Shown: positions 1-9,759, counted from the first letter of the stretch. The stretch is 64,000 nucleotides of DNA from Chloroflexota bacterium (GCA_028875655.1 JAPPCX010000039.1:30392-94391), one strand, 5' to 3'. The notes: a model not told the origin generated them from the letters alone. A program made the numbers and translations.

Positions 1-344
1 GGGTATCGATCTCGCGGGCGCGGGCCGAGCAGGTTCGCTGCACCGGCCGGCTGGGCACTCTGGCCGCCGAATTGCTCAACGGCTGGTTCGCAAGGGACCA
101 GTCGCGCCGGCAGTTCAATCTTTACGATCCGCTGGCCGTGCTGGCCGCCACCCATCCCCACGTAGTCGAGTTGGATGCCATGAGCATGACCGTGATTGAC
201 TCGGACGACACCGATGATTCTACGATGTGGGGGAAGTGCGAGGTGATTGACGCGAACCGGGGCCCCGTGCTCGTGGCGGCACCGGATCGCGTGGACAGCA
301 CAGCGGCGCATGCTGCGATCCAAGACCTGCTGAAATGGGCATAG
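1..344 (+). CDS. nucleoside hydrolase family protein, C-terminal fragment (5' end outside window)
   Basis: Frame 3 is open from the window edge to TAG 342-344. The visible C-terminus (LYDPLAVLAATHP...) resembles inosine/uridine-preferring nucleoside hydrolases. Only about 110 aa are visible. Confidence 0.4.
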   Translation, partial: VSISRARAEQVRCTGRLGTLAAELLNGWFARDQSRRQFNLYDPLAVLAATHPHVVELDAMSMTVIDSDDTDDSTMWGKCEVIDANRGPVLVAAPDRVDSTAAHAAIQDLLKWA

Positions 345-358
345 CCGAGGATTATCGT

Positions 359-1798
359 ATGACCGACGTAAAACGGGTTCTAGTCGTGGTGTTTGACGGT
401 CTGCAGCCGGCGCAAATCACTCCGCAACTGATGCCCAACCTCTCGGAATTCGCGCGTACCGGGGTAACCCTCTCAAATCACCACCCGGTTTTCCCCACCG
501 TAACCAGGGTCAACGCTTCGAGCCTGGTTACGGGATGTCTTCCAGGCAAACATGGTCTGGCCGGCAACACTTTCCTGTGCCGCGACTACGACCCGAACCG
601 GGTTATCCCCGCGATGGAGCCGACGCTGCAAGCCATCGTCGATACAACGGGACAGGCGTTGCTGGTCCCAACCCTGGCCGACATACTTCGCCAGCGCGGC
701 ATGGAATACGTAGCCATAGGCACCGGCACCAGCGGGAACGCTTACGTACACAACCCGAACGCCGACACATCCGGCGGCGCCACCATCCATCCGGACTTCA
801 CGTTGCCCAGGCCGTTGTATGCAGAACTATCGGAGCGCTTCGGCGAGTGGCCGGCCCAAGACCTTCCCAACACGGCCCGGCTGGTTCACGCCCGGCGGGT
901 TCTGACGGAGTACGTCCTGCCCGAACTCGACCCTTCGGTGGCCCTGCTATGGTTTTCCGAACCTGACAAAACGCAGCATGAGGACGGCGTCGGGCTGGGC
1001 CGGGCCGCGCAGGCTGTTACGGAAGCCGATGCCGAATTCGGCGAACTGCTGCGCTGGCTCGAACGAAACGGACGGCACGAAACTACCGACATCTTCATTA
1101 CCTCTGACCATGGCTATTCGACCATCAGCGAAGTGGTTCCGGTCGAGGCCGCTTTGCGGAACGCCGGTTTCCCGCCGGTTGACCAACCGGGCGGGGTCGC
1201 GGTCGCAAACAACGGCGGGTCGGCCCTGTTCTACATCCACCAGTGCGACCCGGACACGTCGGCAAAATTGGCCGGCTGGTTGACGGGCCAGCAATGGTGC
1301 GGCCCGCTGTTCGCTTCGGAGCGGATCGGCAACCCACCCGGGACGCTGCCAGCGTCGTTGATCGGTTGCGACGGCCCGCGGTCGCCGGACCTGATTATGT
1401 CGTTCCCGTGGACCAGCGATGTAAACCCGTCCGGATACGCCGGGTACGCACCTGCCACCGGAGGAACGGCGGGCCAGGGACAACACGGGAGCATGAGCCG
1501 GCACGAGCTGAAAAACGTCGGCCTGGCCCGCGGGCCATCAATCCACAAAAACGTGGTCATCGACACTCCCACCGGGAACATCGACCTGGCGCCCACTATC
1601 CTGCACCTGCTGGGATTCGACAGCGCCGCTCCGACGATGGACGGGCGTATCCTGGAAGAGGCCCTGGTTAATTCTGAAGAACCGACCCCGTCGGAGTGGA
1701 CCACAACTCACGAAGCCGCTGCGAACGGCTACGGGCAGCGTGTCAGGGTCAGCCACGTGGGGAGATCCCGATACCTGGACTGGGGCAACCGCCTGTAA
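359..1798 (+). CDS. type I phosphodiesterase / nucleotide pyrophosphatase (alkaline phosphatase superfamily) protein
   Basis: The ORF spans 335-1798. ATG 359 is preferred because GAGGA lies 7 nt upstream. Motifs VVVFDGL, FPTVTRVNASSLVTG (Thr nucleophile context) and ITSDHGYS are typical of the NPP family. Confidence 0.7.
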   Translation: MTDVKRVLVVVFDGLQPAQITPQLMPNLSEFARTGVTLSNHHPVFPTVTRVNASSLVTGCLPGKHGLAGNTFLCRDYDPNRVIPAMEPTLQAIVDTTGQALLVPTLADILRQRGMEYVAIGTGTSGNAYVHNPNADTSGGATIHPDFTLPRPLYAELSERFGEWPAQDLPNTARLVHARRVLTEYVLPELDPSVALLWFSEPDKTQHEDGVGLGRAAQAVTEADAEFGELLRWLERNGRHETTDIFITSDHGYSTISEVVPVEAALRNAGFPPVDQPGGVAVANNGGSALFYIHQCDPDTSAKLAGWLTGQQWCGPLFASERIGNPPGTLPASLIGCDGPRSPDLIMSFPWTSDVNPSGYAGYAPATGGTAGQGQHGSMSRHELKNVGLARGPSIHKNVVIDTPTGNIDLAPTILHLLGFDSAAPTMDGRILEEALVNSEEPTPSEWTTTHEAAANGYGQRVRVSHVGRSRYLDWGNRL

Positions 1799-1805
1799 CA
1801 GCCTC

Positions 1806-1893
1806 TGGCGGAGGGAGTGGGATTCGAACCCACGAGGGTATTAGCCCTGCCGGTTTTCAAGACCGGTGCATTCGTCCACTCTGCCATCCCTCC
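1806..1893 (-). tRNA. tRNA-Ser (anticodon UGA), CCA encoded
   Basis: The reverse complement folds as a class II tRNA. Acceptor is GGAGGGA/TCCCTCC and the D stem is GCA/TGC. The anticodon stem CCGGT/ACCGG carries loop CTTGAAA. There is a 16-nt variable arm, a T arm GTGGG-TTCGAAT-CCCAC, discriminator G and a terminal CCA. Confidence 0.9.
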
Positions 1894-1940
1894 GCAACGA
1901 GCAATGGCGGATGCATCCAGTATAGCAGGGCATGGACTGC

Positions 1941-3389
1941 CTACACCCTGCGGAGCAGTTCCGCCTCCAACCGGTCGGCGTCAAAGGCTTCACTGGTCGA
2001 TGCGACCTTGACGTCGCCCTCGCGCACCATGCGTTCGGCTTCGCTCTCTTCCATCACTTCCGGGAAGGCTTCTTCCCGTTCCCGCTGGCGGATGACGTCG
2101 CGGTTGTGGTCGGCGAAGAGCCGGCGCATGGCCACCACCACCGAGTCTGTGGACGACAGGTACTCGGGCATTTGGTACTGGGTGTACTTCTCGGCGTCGT
2201 AGTCCTGGTTGCGGAAGTTGAAGTTGAGCTCCCAGTTGCGATAGGGCCAGGTGGCTCCGCGCACCATCCTACGCAAGAGTCCGGGGCGCGTTTCGTACCG
2301 CTCCACGTTGAGGTACACCATGCGGGTCAGGTTCTCCTCGACCGGAACCGGCCAGCGAGTGCTACGGAAATAGCGGGCGTTGCCGCCGGTGCGCGACATA
2401 CCGGGCAGGCGGGTGCCGTTCCACTCGTTCACATCGGGCGTGTCAGCAGCAGCTCCACGGCGGTAGTAGGGATCCTGACCCCGGCGACGGGCCTTCCAGT
2501 CAAAGAACCAGGTCCAGAGCAGGCGCCAGCGGTGCAGCGGCCAAACGCCATCCACGCCGGGGTAGTACATCTGGTAGGGAATCTTGCCTTCCTCGTCGTA
2601 GTAATACTGTTCCACGGAGGACTTTCCGCTGCCCGGCCGGTAGTGGACGTTCTTGTTGTTGACCAGGTTGGTGCGGTAACCCAGCGGGGTCCGGGGCCGG
2701 CCGCCAACGCGGCTGCCCAGGATACGCAGCGCGTTGCGGTGAACCATGAAGGCGTTGTGGGCGTCCATGGTGTTTTCCAGCACCAGCACCCAGTTGCAAT
2801 CGAACATATCAAAGGATGGGCGACAAATGTTGTGCTCTTCGAACATTTCGGGAGGAATGTCTTCCTGGGGGTCAACCGGCTCGCCCTCGCCCATCCAGAC
2901 GAAGACCATGCCCTTGAGCGTCACGGTGGGGAACTTACGGGCCTTCATGCCTGGCGCGCCGACCATCATGGACTCAGGCCCTTCGGTGAGGAACGCCACG
3001 CAGTTGCCGTCACCGTCGAAGGTAGCTCCGTGGTACGGACAGGTCAGGAACCCTTCAAAATAGCACCGACCCATCGACAGATAAACGGCGCGGTGGGGGC
3101 ACCAGTCCAGCAGGGCCTGCACTTCCCCTTGCTTGTCCTTGAAGAACACCACGTCGGTGCCCAGCATCCGCAGCATGTTGGGCCTGTTTTTCTTCACGTC
3201 CTTGGCGGGCAGGGCCGGGTACCAGTATTCCCGGAAACCCAGCGGTGGGATGCGGCTGCGCCGGTCGCGGGGGTTGTCCGGTCTTTTGAAAGGCGGGGTG
3301 GAATCGAATCCCTGGAATCCGCGCCGCATCTTCTTATAGCCGCCGGGATAACCGGAAAGCGGTTTGAGCAAAAGGCGTTTCAGTCCCAT
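1941..3389 (-). CDS. Rieske (2Fe-2S) domain oxygenase, large-subunit-like
   Basis: 482-aa ORF. The Rieske motif is CPHRAVYLSMG...CPYHGATF (CxH...CxxH), followed by a long catalytic-type domain. Confidence 0.75.
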   Translation of the reverse strand: MGLKRLLLKPLSGYPGGYKKMRRGFQGFDSTPPFKRPDNPRDRRSRIPPLGFREYWYPALPAKDVKKNRPNMLRMLGTDVVFFKDKQGEVQALLDWCPHRAVYLSMGRCYFEGFLTCPYHGATFDGDGNCVAFLTEGPESMMVGAPGMKARKFPTVTLKGMVFVWMGEGEPVDPQEDIPPEMFEEHNICRPSFDMFDCNWVLVLENTMDAHNAFMVHRNALRILGSRVGGRPRTPLGYRTNLVNNKNVHYRPGSGKSSVEQYYYDEEGKIPYQMYYPGVDGVWPLHRWRLLWTWFFDWKARRRGQDPYYRRGAAADTPDVNEWNGTRLPGMSRTGGNARYFRSTRWPVPVEENLTRMVYLNVERYETRPGLLRRMVRGATWPYRNWELNFNFRNQDYDAEKYTQYQMPEYLSSTDSVVVAMRRLFADHNRDVIRQREREEAFPEVMEESEAERMVREGDVKVASTSEAFDADRLEAELLRRV

Positions 3390-3484
3390 AATCGCTGCCC
3401 CCGTTTCAAATCATGGTGGATTTCCGCCATATTAGCAGAATGCACCGGGATTGCCATCCGCCGGGGGCGGACTCCCAAGGCGCC

Positions 3485-4324
3485 CTAGAACGGATACGGC
3501 TGGCCACCACCCACTGCCAGTACCTGGCCGGTAATGTAAGAAGCGTCATGGGAAGCGAGAAACGCTATGGCCGCTGCCTGCTCGTCGGCTTCGCCGCGCC
3601 GGCCCATGGGGATTTCCGAGTTACGGGTCGCTGAACGGTATTCGTCCTGGTCCGCGCGTTCGCGGGCGGGCAAATCGGGCGGAACCACTGCCACGCCGTG
3701 GTCGCGGGGAGTCATGCGGTCGTCGGCCGCGGTGCCGCTGGGGGCGATGCAGTTCACCCGGATGCCCAAGTGGGCGACTTCCCGGGCCAGCGAGGTGGTG
3801 AGTCCAATCTGGCCGGCCTTGGCGGCGGCGTAGGGCACCCGGAAGCGTCCGGTTACGGCGTGAGTAGCGATGTTGACGATGGACCCGGAACCCTGCTCGA
3901 TCATGTAGGGCAAAGCGGCGCGGCAGCACCACATCGCCGTCCAGAAGCTGCGATCCATCTCCGCCTGAATCTGCTCCGGCGTGTAATACTGGAACGACTG
4001 GAACCAAATGGTTCCGCCGGCTATGTTCGCCAGTGCGTCGATCCTGCCGTAAGCGTCGTGCGCCCTAGCCATCAAGGTCTCGGCGTTCTCCCAACGGGAA
4101 AGGTCGCCAAGGGCGATTTCACAAGAACCTCCGAAATCTCGGATCGCTGCGCGCACTCGCTCAGATGTCTCGGCCACCATGTCGCCGATTACAATGGCTG
4201 CCCCTTCCTGGGCCAGACGGCGGGCGGTGGCCGCGCCAATGCCCTGACCACCGCCGGTAACAACGACGACCTGGCCTTCAAATCGACGGGCCCCGGCCGC
4301 TTTGGGATCCAATACAGTCGCCAT
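3485..4324 (-). CDS. SDR family NAD(P)-dependent oxidoreductase
   Basis: N-terminal VVVVTGGGQGIGAATARRLA Rossmann motif and PYAAAKAG (YxxxK) active-site motif. 279 aa. Confidence 0.85.
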   Translation of the reverse strand: MATVLDPKAAGARRFEGQVVVVTGGGQGIGAATARRLAQEGAAIVIGDMVAETSERVRAAIRDFGGSCEIALGDLSRWENAETLMARAHDAYGRIDALANIAGGTIWFQSFQYYTPEQIQAEMDRSFWTAMWCCRAALPYMIEQGSGSIVNIATHAVTGRFRVPYAAAKAGQIGLTTSLAREVAHLGIRVNCIAPSGTAADDRMTPRDHGVAVVPPDLPARERADQDEYRSATRNSEIPMGRRGEADEQAAAIAFLASHDASYITGQVLAVGGGQPYPF

Positions 4325-4396
4325 GGTGGTTACCTATCCGGTGGATTGATCCGCCGTTACTGCCGCTTTACGCCCGCGGTGCAATCCATGGCGCGG

Positions 4397-4723
4397 TCAG
4401 CTTGGAGTAGCATCGGCACTGGAGAAAAAATCTTTCTCCAAATCGGGGTCAACCACACCCAGCAGGCCGTTAGTGTAGAGGCGGCACGCCCGCAGCCACA
4501 GCACCAGGATGGCGTTGTTCACATACATTTGCGGAAGCTCGCGCCCGTGCTCCTGGCGAGCATGAGCGCGAATTCCCGCTTCAAAGAACTGCTCCAGGAA
4601 TGGCGTTGGCTCGTTATCCAGCGCGCACGCCTCCAGGATTTCCGGCGGGGCCTCGCCGCACAGCATGGCCGGCGAGGCTTCCGCCAAGCGAATATAGTCG
4701 GGTTCCTGGTCCTGGGTAATCAC
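4397..4723 (-). CDS. hypothetical protein (108 aa)
   Basis: GTG start lies 6 nt after the stop of the upstream NHL gene. Third-position GC bias matches its neighbours. No family recognised. Confidence 0.5.
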   Translation of the reverse strand: MITQDQEPDYIRLAEASPAMLCGEAPPEILEACALDNEPTPFLEQFFEAGIRAHARQEHGRELPQMYVNNAILVLWLRACRLYTNGLLGVVDPDLEKDFFSSADATPS

Positions 4724-4729
4724 GCCGGA

Positions 4730-5794
4730 TCACAGGTTCATCTGTGGAACCATGTAATTGTCCATCTTGTTGTAAATCTGCAGCCGGCTGCGCTGGGCGT
4801 CCAGCACCACCAGGCGGCCACGTTCCTCGTCAAAATGCACGTCCGTGGGCAGCGCGAACCGCCACTCCGACTCGGTGGTGGGAACCTCCCGCCGTCGCTT
4901 GAGGTAGTCCGCGTTGGCAACCACCGTCATGTCGGCCCACTTGCTGAGCCACTGGGCATCGCCGATGAGGGAGATGATGAAGTTGCCTTCCTTGTCGAAG
5001 ACATGGACCTTGCCGGCGTGCATCCCGTTGTCGCTCCAGTCAGCAACGTACACGTCGCCCTGCGGGTCAATGGTAACCTGGACGGGAAGGTGCATCTGGC
5101 CGCGCTTGGTTCCGGGCTCACCGAACTGCATCAGCCACTCCCCGTCAGTGGTGAATTTCTGCACCCGGTGGTTGCGGTGATCGGCGACGTAAACCGAGCC
5201 GTCGCTCTGGTCAACGGTGATGCCCCACGGAGAATTGAACTCCCCGCTGCCATCGCCCAGGGAGCCCCAACTGGTGATCAACCGGCCATCGCCGGTGAAC
5301 TTGCGGACCTCGTGGCTGCGCCCGTCGGTGCAGTAGATATTGCCGTCGCCGTCAACGGCGATGCTGGACGTGCCGTGTTCCTTGCCGTCGTCTTCGGGAA
5401 CGGCGCTCCACCGGGCGACAAACGTGCCGTCCTTCTCGAACTCGGAGACTTGATTCATCCACTCGTCGGCCACATAGATGTGGCCATTGGGCGCCAGCAC
5501 CATGCCGGATGGCCAGATGAACTCGCCGTCGCGGTCGCCGTACTTGCCGAATTCGCCGGTGAATTCCTCATCTCCCTCATTTTCGCCCAGGTCAATGATG
5601 CTGACCCGTGCGCCGTAGGCCAGCTTGTTCCACGGCACGTTGGAAATGCCTTCGATGCCCCGATTGAGCACGTAAACGGTGTTGCCCTCAAAGGCCATCG
5701 CGGTGGGCTGGCTGAAGCCCATGCCCGAAGCGGCGCCGCGGCCCACCGAGTGGCTGTAGTCGAACACCCGGCCCTTTGCGATTTGCGTAAGCAT
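4730..5794 (-). CDS. NHL repeat beta-propeller protein
   Basis: Repeated YVAD-x-x-N-x-V-x-x-F-x-x-DG units (YVADHRNHRVQKFTTDG, YVADEWMNQVSEFEKDG, YCTDGRSHEVRKFTGDG). The start is trimmed to ATG 5794 (MLTQIAKG). Confidence 0.7.
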   Translation of the reverse strand: MLTQIAKGRVFDYSHSVGRGAASGMGFSQPTAMAFEGNTVYVLNRGIEGISNVPWNKLAYGARVSIIDLGENEGDEEFTGEFGKYGDRDGEFIWPSGMVLAPNGHIYVADEWMNQVSEFEKDGTFVARWSAVPEDDGKEHGTSSIAVDGDGNIYCTDGRSHEVRKFTGDGRLITSWGSLGDGSGEFNSPWGITVDQSDGSVYVADHRNHRVQKFTTDGEWLMQFGEPGTKRGQMHLPVQVTIDPQGDVYVADWSDNGMHAGKVHVFDKEGNFIISLIGDAQWLSKWADMTVVANADYLKRRREVPTTESEWRFALPTDVHFDEERGRLVVLDAQRSRLQIYNKMDNYMVPQMNL

Positions 5795-5913
5795 AGTTTT
5801 ACCTGCTTGCAGCTTGTGTGTCTTGTCAAAATTTCGGGGCCAGCAGATTAGCACCCGCCGGCCCCGGCCGTTTCTGCCTGTCGGCGCGTCCCGAAAACCG
5901 GAACCAGTGCCGG

Positions 5914-7041
5914 CTAGATGAACGGGACCTTTTCGAACTGTCCGCTCACGATAGGGTTGGCGTCCAGTCCCATCCAGTCTTCCAGGATGGTAGTGTACAC
6001 GCCGCGGAAGTCGGTGTTGGGCACGAGGTCGCCCTGTTCCAGGTCTTCGGGCTTGGAGGACGGGTATTCGCCGTACTCGCCACCCTTGACCGGGTCGCCC
6101 ATCATCAATACCAGGCCGGCGGCGCCGTGGTCGGTGCCGCTGCCGTTGTCGTGGACCCGGCGGCCGAACTCGGAGAACATCAGCAGGATGACGTTGTCGG
6201 CGGCATCGTTCTCACGCAGGTCATCGAAGAAGCTGGAGACGGCGGCGGAAACGTCGCGCCACAGGCCGTCGTGCATGCCCACCTGGTTGGAATGGCTGTC
6301 GAAGCTGCCGTGGTCGCAGTAGAGTACCCGGCTGCCCAGGTTCGCCTGATGCACCTGGGATATTCCCTTGAGCTTGCGGGCGATGGGGGTGTCGGGGTAC
6401 TCAACGCTGCTGCTGTACTGCTCGGGGGCCACCTTGAGGATATCAGCTGCCTTGAGGCCGTCAAGGCCGGTCTGACCCAGGTAGTCCATCACGAAGCCGC
6501 TGCCGATGGTGGGGGAATAGAGGCGCGAGAAGCGGTTGATGATCTTCTCCCGCTGCATCTCTTCCTGGATGCTGGTCAGCATGCCGAAGTTCTCCAGGTC
6601 GTCCACGCACGCGACGGGGACGCCGGGCAGCGCCAGGGCGCGCGGCAGGCTCGGCCCGAAGCTGACGGCCGTGACCACGTTTTCCTTGTTGGGGTCGATG
6701 TCGCGGGTGGCGCGGCCCAGCCAGCCCTCGGTTCCCAGCTTGTCCGGCTCACAGGTGTGCCAGATGTCCATGCTGCGGAAGTGGCTGCGCGGGCTGTTGG
6801 CGTAGCCGACGCCGTGGACGATAGCCATGTTGCCGTCATCCCAGAACCGGCGCAGCGGGGCCAGTTCGGGGTGGAAACCGATGCTGTCGTTCAGCTTGAG
6901 GATGCGCTCGTCCGCGACTCCCACCACGGGCCGCTTTTCGCGGTAAAGCGGCTCGGCATGGGGAATTACGGTGTTCATGTAGTCATTGCCGCCGGTAAGC
7001 TGCAAGACCACCAGAACCGGATCTTTCTTCGTAGAGGTCAT
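5914..7041 (-). CDS. DUF1501 domain protein (sulfatase-like fold)
   Basis: Motifs LQLTGGNDYMN and DHGSFDSHSNQ, with ...GTDHG near the C-terminus. The start is trimmed to ATG 7041 (AGGAG upstream), because the longer ORF runs through a REP element. Confidence 0.75.
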   Translation of the reverse strand: MTSTKKDPVLVVLQLTGGNDYMNTVIPHAEPLYREKRPVVGVADERILKLNDSIGFHPELAPLRRFWDDGNMAIVHGVGYANSPRSHFRSMDIWHTCEPDKLGTEGWLGRATRDIDPNKENVVTAVSFGPSLPRALALPGVPVACVDDLENFGMLTSIQEEMQREKIINRFSRLYSPTIGSGFVMDYLGQTGLDGLKAADILKVAPEQYSSSVEYPDTPIARKLKGISQVHQANLGSRVLYCDHGSFDSHSNQVGMHDGLWRDVSAAVSSFFDDLRENDAADNVILLMFSEFGRRVHDNGSGTDHGAAGLVLMMGDPVKGGEYGEYPSSKPEDLEQGDLVPNTDFRGVYTTILEDWMGLDANPIVSGQFEKVPFI

Positions 7042-7099
7042 TTTGCTTGCTCCTGTGGGTATAGTCGTTCCACTGCGAGTGTGCGTTGCGCCAAGGCGT

Positions 7100-7125
7100 G
7101 GATTCCGGCTTTCGCCGGAACGACG
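7100..7125. repeat. REP-like palindrome, family A variant (GGATTCCGGCTTTCGCCGGAACGACG)
   Basis: The hairpin TTCCGGC-TTTC-GCCGGAA lies in the gap between the DUF1800 stop and the DUF1501 start. It shares its architecture with eight other loci listed below. Confidence 0.7.
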
Positions 7126-7144
7126 AATCGGCGCGACAATCACA

Positions 7145-8548
7145 TCAGGCGTACTGGTAATCGCGCAGCGAAACGATCAACTGCAGCATTTCGGAAATCC
7201 GCTCCTCGGACGCGCTTACGTCGGAGTCAGTCGCCCAGGAAACGGTGCCGCCGACCTCGGCGTGGGTCACCAGTTCCTGCCTGGTGGCATCGTCCACTTC
7301 CAGCGGGCCCATGAGGTCCAGGCAGTTGTCCACCATCGCCTGCGGGGTCAGGTCGCCCTGGGCCTGCATGCGGCTGATCATGGAGCGGATGCCCGGGCGG
7401 CTGACGTCGCTGACCATGTCGGCGGTGAAGTTGATGCGACGCATCAGGGAGCCGCTGTTGATCCACTCCACGCCGGTGTGCCAGCCTTCCACGCTGGGCG
7501 GGTTCAGCAGATCCTGGCCCATGTAGGTGGGCTGGCGGGCCATTTCGCCCAGACCGGGGCCTGGGAACTCGAAGCCGCCGACCAGCCGCAGGGTTCCCAC
7601 CACCACTTCGGCGGGACTCTTGAGGCGAGCGTAGCGGGCGTTCTTGAAGAAGTCGCTGTTGAACAGCACCCGGAGCGTCGCGGTGATGTCGCACCCGGAA
7701 TCGACAAAGGCGTCGGCCAGCAGGTCGATGGCATCCTCGTCCTTGGGCGGGGTCACCTGCCAGGCCGGTACCTGCGCTTCGTCCGCCACGAAGAAGTTGT
7801 AGAGGTGGCGCGCAATGAAGGTCGCGGTGGCCGGATGCTCGCAGATGATGTTGATGATATCTTCGCCGTTGAAGTTGCCCGTCTCGCCGAGGAACGATTT
7901 CTCGCCGTCGTCGTGGTCTTCCGGCAGATACTGGAATTGCCAGTCATGGCGTCCGATGGGGCCGCGCGGCAACTTGGGTTCAAAGGTCCAGCCGGTGAAG
8001 GCCCGGGAGGCTTCCCGTACGTCAACCTCGGTGTAGGTGCCGACGCCCATGCTGAACAGTTCCAGCAACTCGCGGCCCCAGTTTTCGTTAACGGCGTCGG
8101 CATGGTTCTCAAAGTTGTCGAGCCAGTAGATCATCGCCGGGTTCTTGGCGACTTCCAGCAACAGGTCTTTGTAGTTGCCCATGCCCTTTTCGCGGAACAG
8201 GGCGACCATGCGCGTGATCTCGTCGTAGTGGTCAACCTTGGAAACGCCGGTAGCGAAGATCTGGTGCCAGAACAGCGCCATCTTCTCTTCCAACGGCCGC
8301 TTGGTATTGATCATGAAGTGCAGCCACTCGGCCGAACCCATCCCCTGGATGGTGCCGGGACGCCAGGTCCAGGGCTGATAGCGGATCAATTCGTAGCGGT
8401 CAATGGCCGGCTGGCTCTCGGGGTCGAGCAGCTCGTCAACCGTAGCCTCGTAGCCTTTGGCAACCCGCTCTTCCAGTTCCTCGCGGGTCGCGCCAAAGCC
8501 GGCACGACGCATCAGGTGGGCCATCAAAGCAATGTCTTGCGATGCCAT
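7145..8548 (-). CDS. DUF1800 domain protein
   Basis: N-terminus LMAHLMRRAGFGATREELE is typical of DUF1800, and the gene sits immediately upstream of DUF1501 as usual for this pair. Start ATG 8548 is preceded by GGAGG. Confidence 0.75.
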   Translation of the reverse strand: MASQDIALMAHLMRRAGFGATREELEERVAKGYEATVDELLDPESQPAIDRYELIRYQPWTWRPGTIQGMGSAEWLHFMINTKRPLEEKMALFWHQIFATGVSKVDHYDEITRMVALFREKGMGNYKDLLLEVAKNPAMIYWLDNFENHADAVNENWGRELLELFSMGVGTYTEVDVREASRAFTGWTFEPKLPRGPIGRHDWQFQYLPEDHDDGEKSFLGETGNFNGEDIINIICEHPATATFIARHLYNFFVADEAQVPAWQVTPPKDEDAIDLLADAFVDSGCDITATLRVLFNSDFFKNARYARLKSPAEVVVGTLRLVGGFEFPGPGLGEMARQPTYMGQDLLNPPSVEGWHTGVEWINSGSLMRRINFTADMVSDVSRPGIRSMISRMQAQGDLTPQAMVDNCLDLMGPLEVDDATRQELVTHAEVGGTVSWATDSDVSASEERISEMLQLIVSLRDYQYA

Positions 8549-8607
8549 TACTTCGCCTCCTGCAAAGTGTTCAAAGTTTGGGCACATTATCTGTTATGCT
8601 GGAACTA

Positions 8608-8615
8608 CTGTCAAC
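8608..8615. repeat. left copy of 8-bp direct repeat CTGTCAAC (putative target-site duplication)
   Basis: Identical octamer abuts the outer end of each terminal inverted repeat (8608-8615 and 9796-9803). Confidence 0.7.
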
Positions 8616-8651
8616 GGGAATCATTCCACCCGTTATGTAACTAATCCCACC
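8616..8651. repeat. left terminal inverted repeat GGGAATCATTCCACCCGTTATGTAACTAATCCCACC
   Basis: Its reverse complement recurs at 9760-9795 with one mismatch (A/C at position 28). Confidence 0.85.
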
Positions 8652-8673
8652 CGTAATGGGCGCACTTGTCCCG

Positions 8674-9081
8674 TCATCCCGGCATTCCGGGAAACGGGAA
8701 CAACTCATCCAAATTGATGGCGAGAACGTCATCGACGGCGTAAACCCATGCAAGGCCTTCGATTTCGTCAGGCCAGTATGCGGCGAAGTACTCATACCCG
8801 TGATCCCGGGATGCGGTGGCTATTTCCTGGAGGAAGCAAGGCCACGTCCTGAAGGGGTTGGCGTAATTCTCCACCAAGCCGGTATCAAATATTGGTATGG
8901 CTATTGGCTCAGAATTGGTTTCTGGGGTGTCAGAGTCGGGGGGGAGGGGAAGCATGCGTAGGTAGTAGTGATCGTAGAAGTAGCCGCCACCGTACTCGGT
9001 ATAGTGGTCGCCCTCGGTGGTGTACGTCAAGGCATCCCCATCTAGGATACGCAAGGGACGGACTGGTTGTAGCGTTGACAT
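8674..9081 (-). CDS. hypothetical protein (135 aa), cassette ORF-A
   Basis: ATG 9081 is preceded by AAAAGGAGGCAAAA (strong SD). The protein is acidic and Tyr/Trp-rich (MSTLQPVRPLRILDGD...). The longer 244-aa ORF in the track is rejected as an upstream extension. Confidence 0.55.
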   Translation of the reverse strand: MSTLQPVRPLRILDGDALTYTTEGDHYTEYGGGYFYDHYYLRMLPLPPDSDTPETNSEPIAIPIFDTGLVENYANPFRTWPCFLQEIATASRDHGYEYFAAYWPDEIEGLAWVYAVDDVLAINLDELFPFPGMPG

Positions 9082-9128
9082 TTTTGCCTCCTTTTGGCAT
9101 GTTGTACAGGCTCCGCGAGGGTGTCTGT

Positions 9129-9719
9129 ATGGTGCGACCTGAAAATTTCGCTGATCATTTCGACTGGGCGAAATTGGCCTTCTTGTCTGGTCTAACCAGC
9201 GACGATTGGGCCTACCACCCGATGTATTTTGCTCGCTCGCCTGACCGTTCTTTTCCTTGTCGTTACGCCTCCTTTCTGGGTGTCCACCTGGTAGATGGCG
9301 ATATTTGGGACAGGAATGAAGTCGTTGGGACGACCAAGAACTGTCCCGATCACATCCTCCTTGACCCGGACAAGGGCATTGGGGGACGGAATAGTGAGCG
9401 GATAACAATTGGTGAATTGGCCAAAATAACAGGGGCTTCTCCTGTCCGCGCTGACAAACTTATCTTGATTTATAACCAATCCATCGACCGTTGGTACGAC
9501 CAGAGAGGCGACCCCGATGTACAAATTCGGTACAAATTGGCGCAACTTTATTGCGACTACGAAGTCCATGGCAACGCCTATGTCTCCTCTCTCCTTTCCT
9601 TCGTCTGGGTATCCAAGAACCAAAACACCGTAACCAACGCAACTAGGCGACTTCTTGATCGTTCGGGCTTGCCCTCGTGGCGGCTGGTGTCGGATGGGTG
9701 CTGTCATATCCCTAGTTGA
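9129..9719 (+). CDS. hypothetical protein (~196 aa), cassette ORF-B
   Basis: Divergent from ORF-A. ATG 9129 has GAGGG upstream, and ATG 9099 is an alternative. No family or catalytic motif recognised. Confidence 0.45.
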   Translation: MVRPENFADHFDWAKLAFLSGLTSDDWAYHPMYFARSPDRSFPCRYASFLGVHLVDGDIWDRNEVVGTTKNCPDHILLDPDKGIGGRNSERITIGELAKITGASPVRADKLILIYNQSIDRWYDQRGDPDVQIRYKLAQLYCDYEVHGNAYVSSLLSFVWVSKNQNTVTNATRRLLDRSGLPSWRLVSDGCCHIPS

Positions 9720-9759
9720 GCAGGGCGGGGATGAGGCTGTCAATTGGCGAGTGGTTATA

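Noticed and set aside
1806-1893. The long-variable-arm tRNA as a possible tRNA-Sec serving the TGA at 49667
   Set aside because: The anticodon loop is CTTGAAA, giving anticodon UGA, which reads the Ser codon UCA. It is not UCA. The acceptor stem is the normal 7 bp, so this is an ordinary tRNA-Ser.
1932-3488. Long antisense or alternative-frame ORFs opposite real genes: 1932-3488(+), 3698-5851(+), 5818-7314(+), 6986-8644(+), 22114-23382(-), 35540-36577(-), 36894-38633(-), 42090-42974(-), 55378-57216(-), 58006-58956(-)
   Set aside because: These are typical shadow ORFs of a high-GC genome. Their translations are Arg/Gly/Ala/Pro/His-rich with no motifs, whereas the opposite strand carries clear family signatures at each location.
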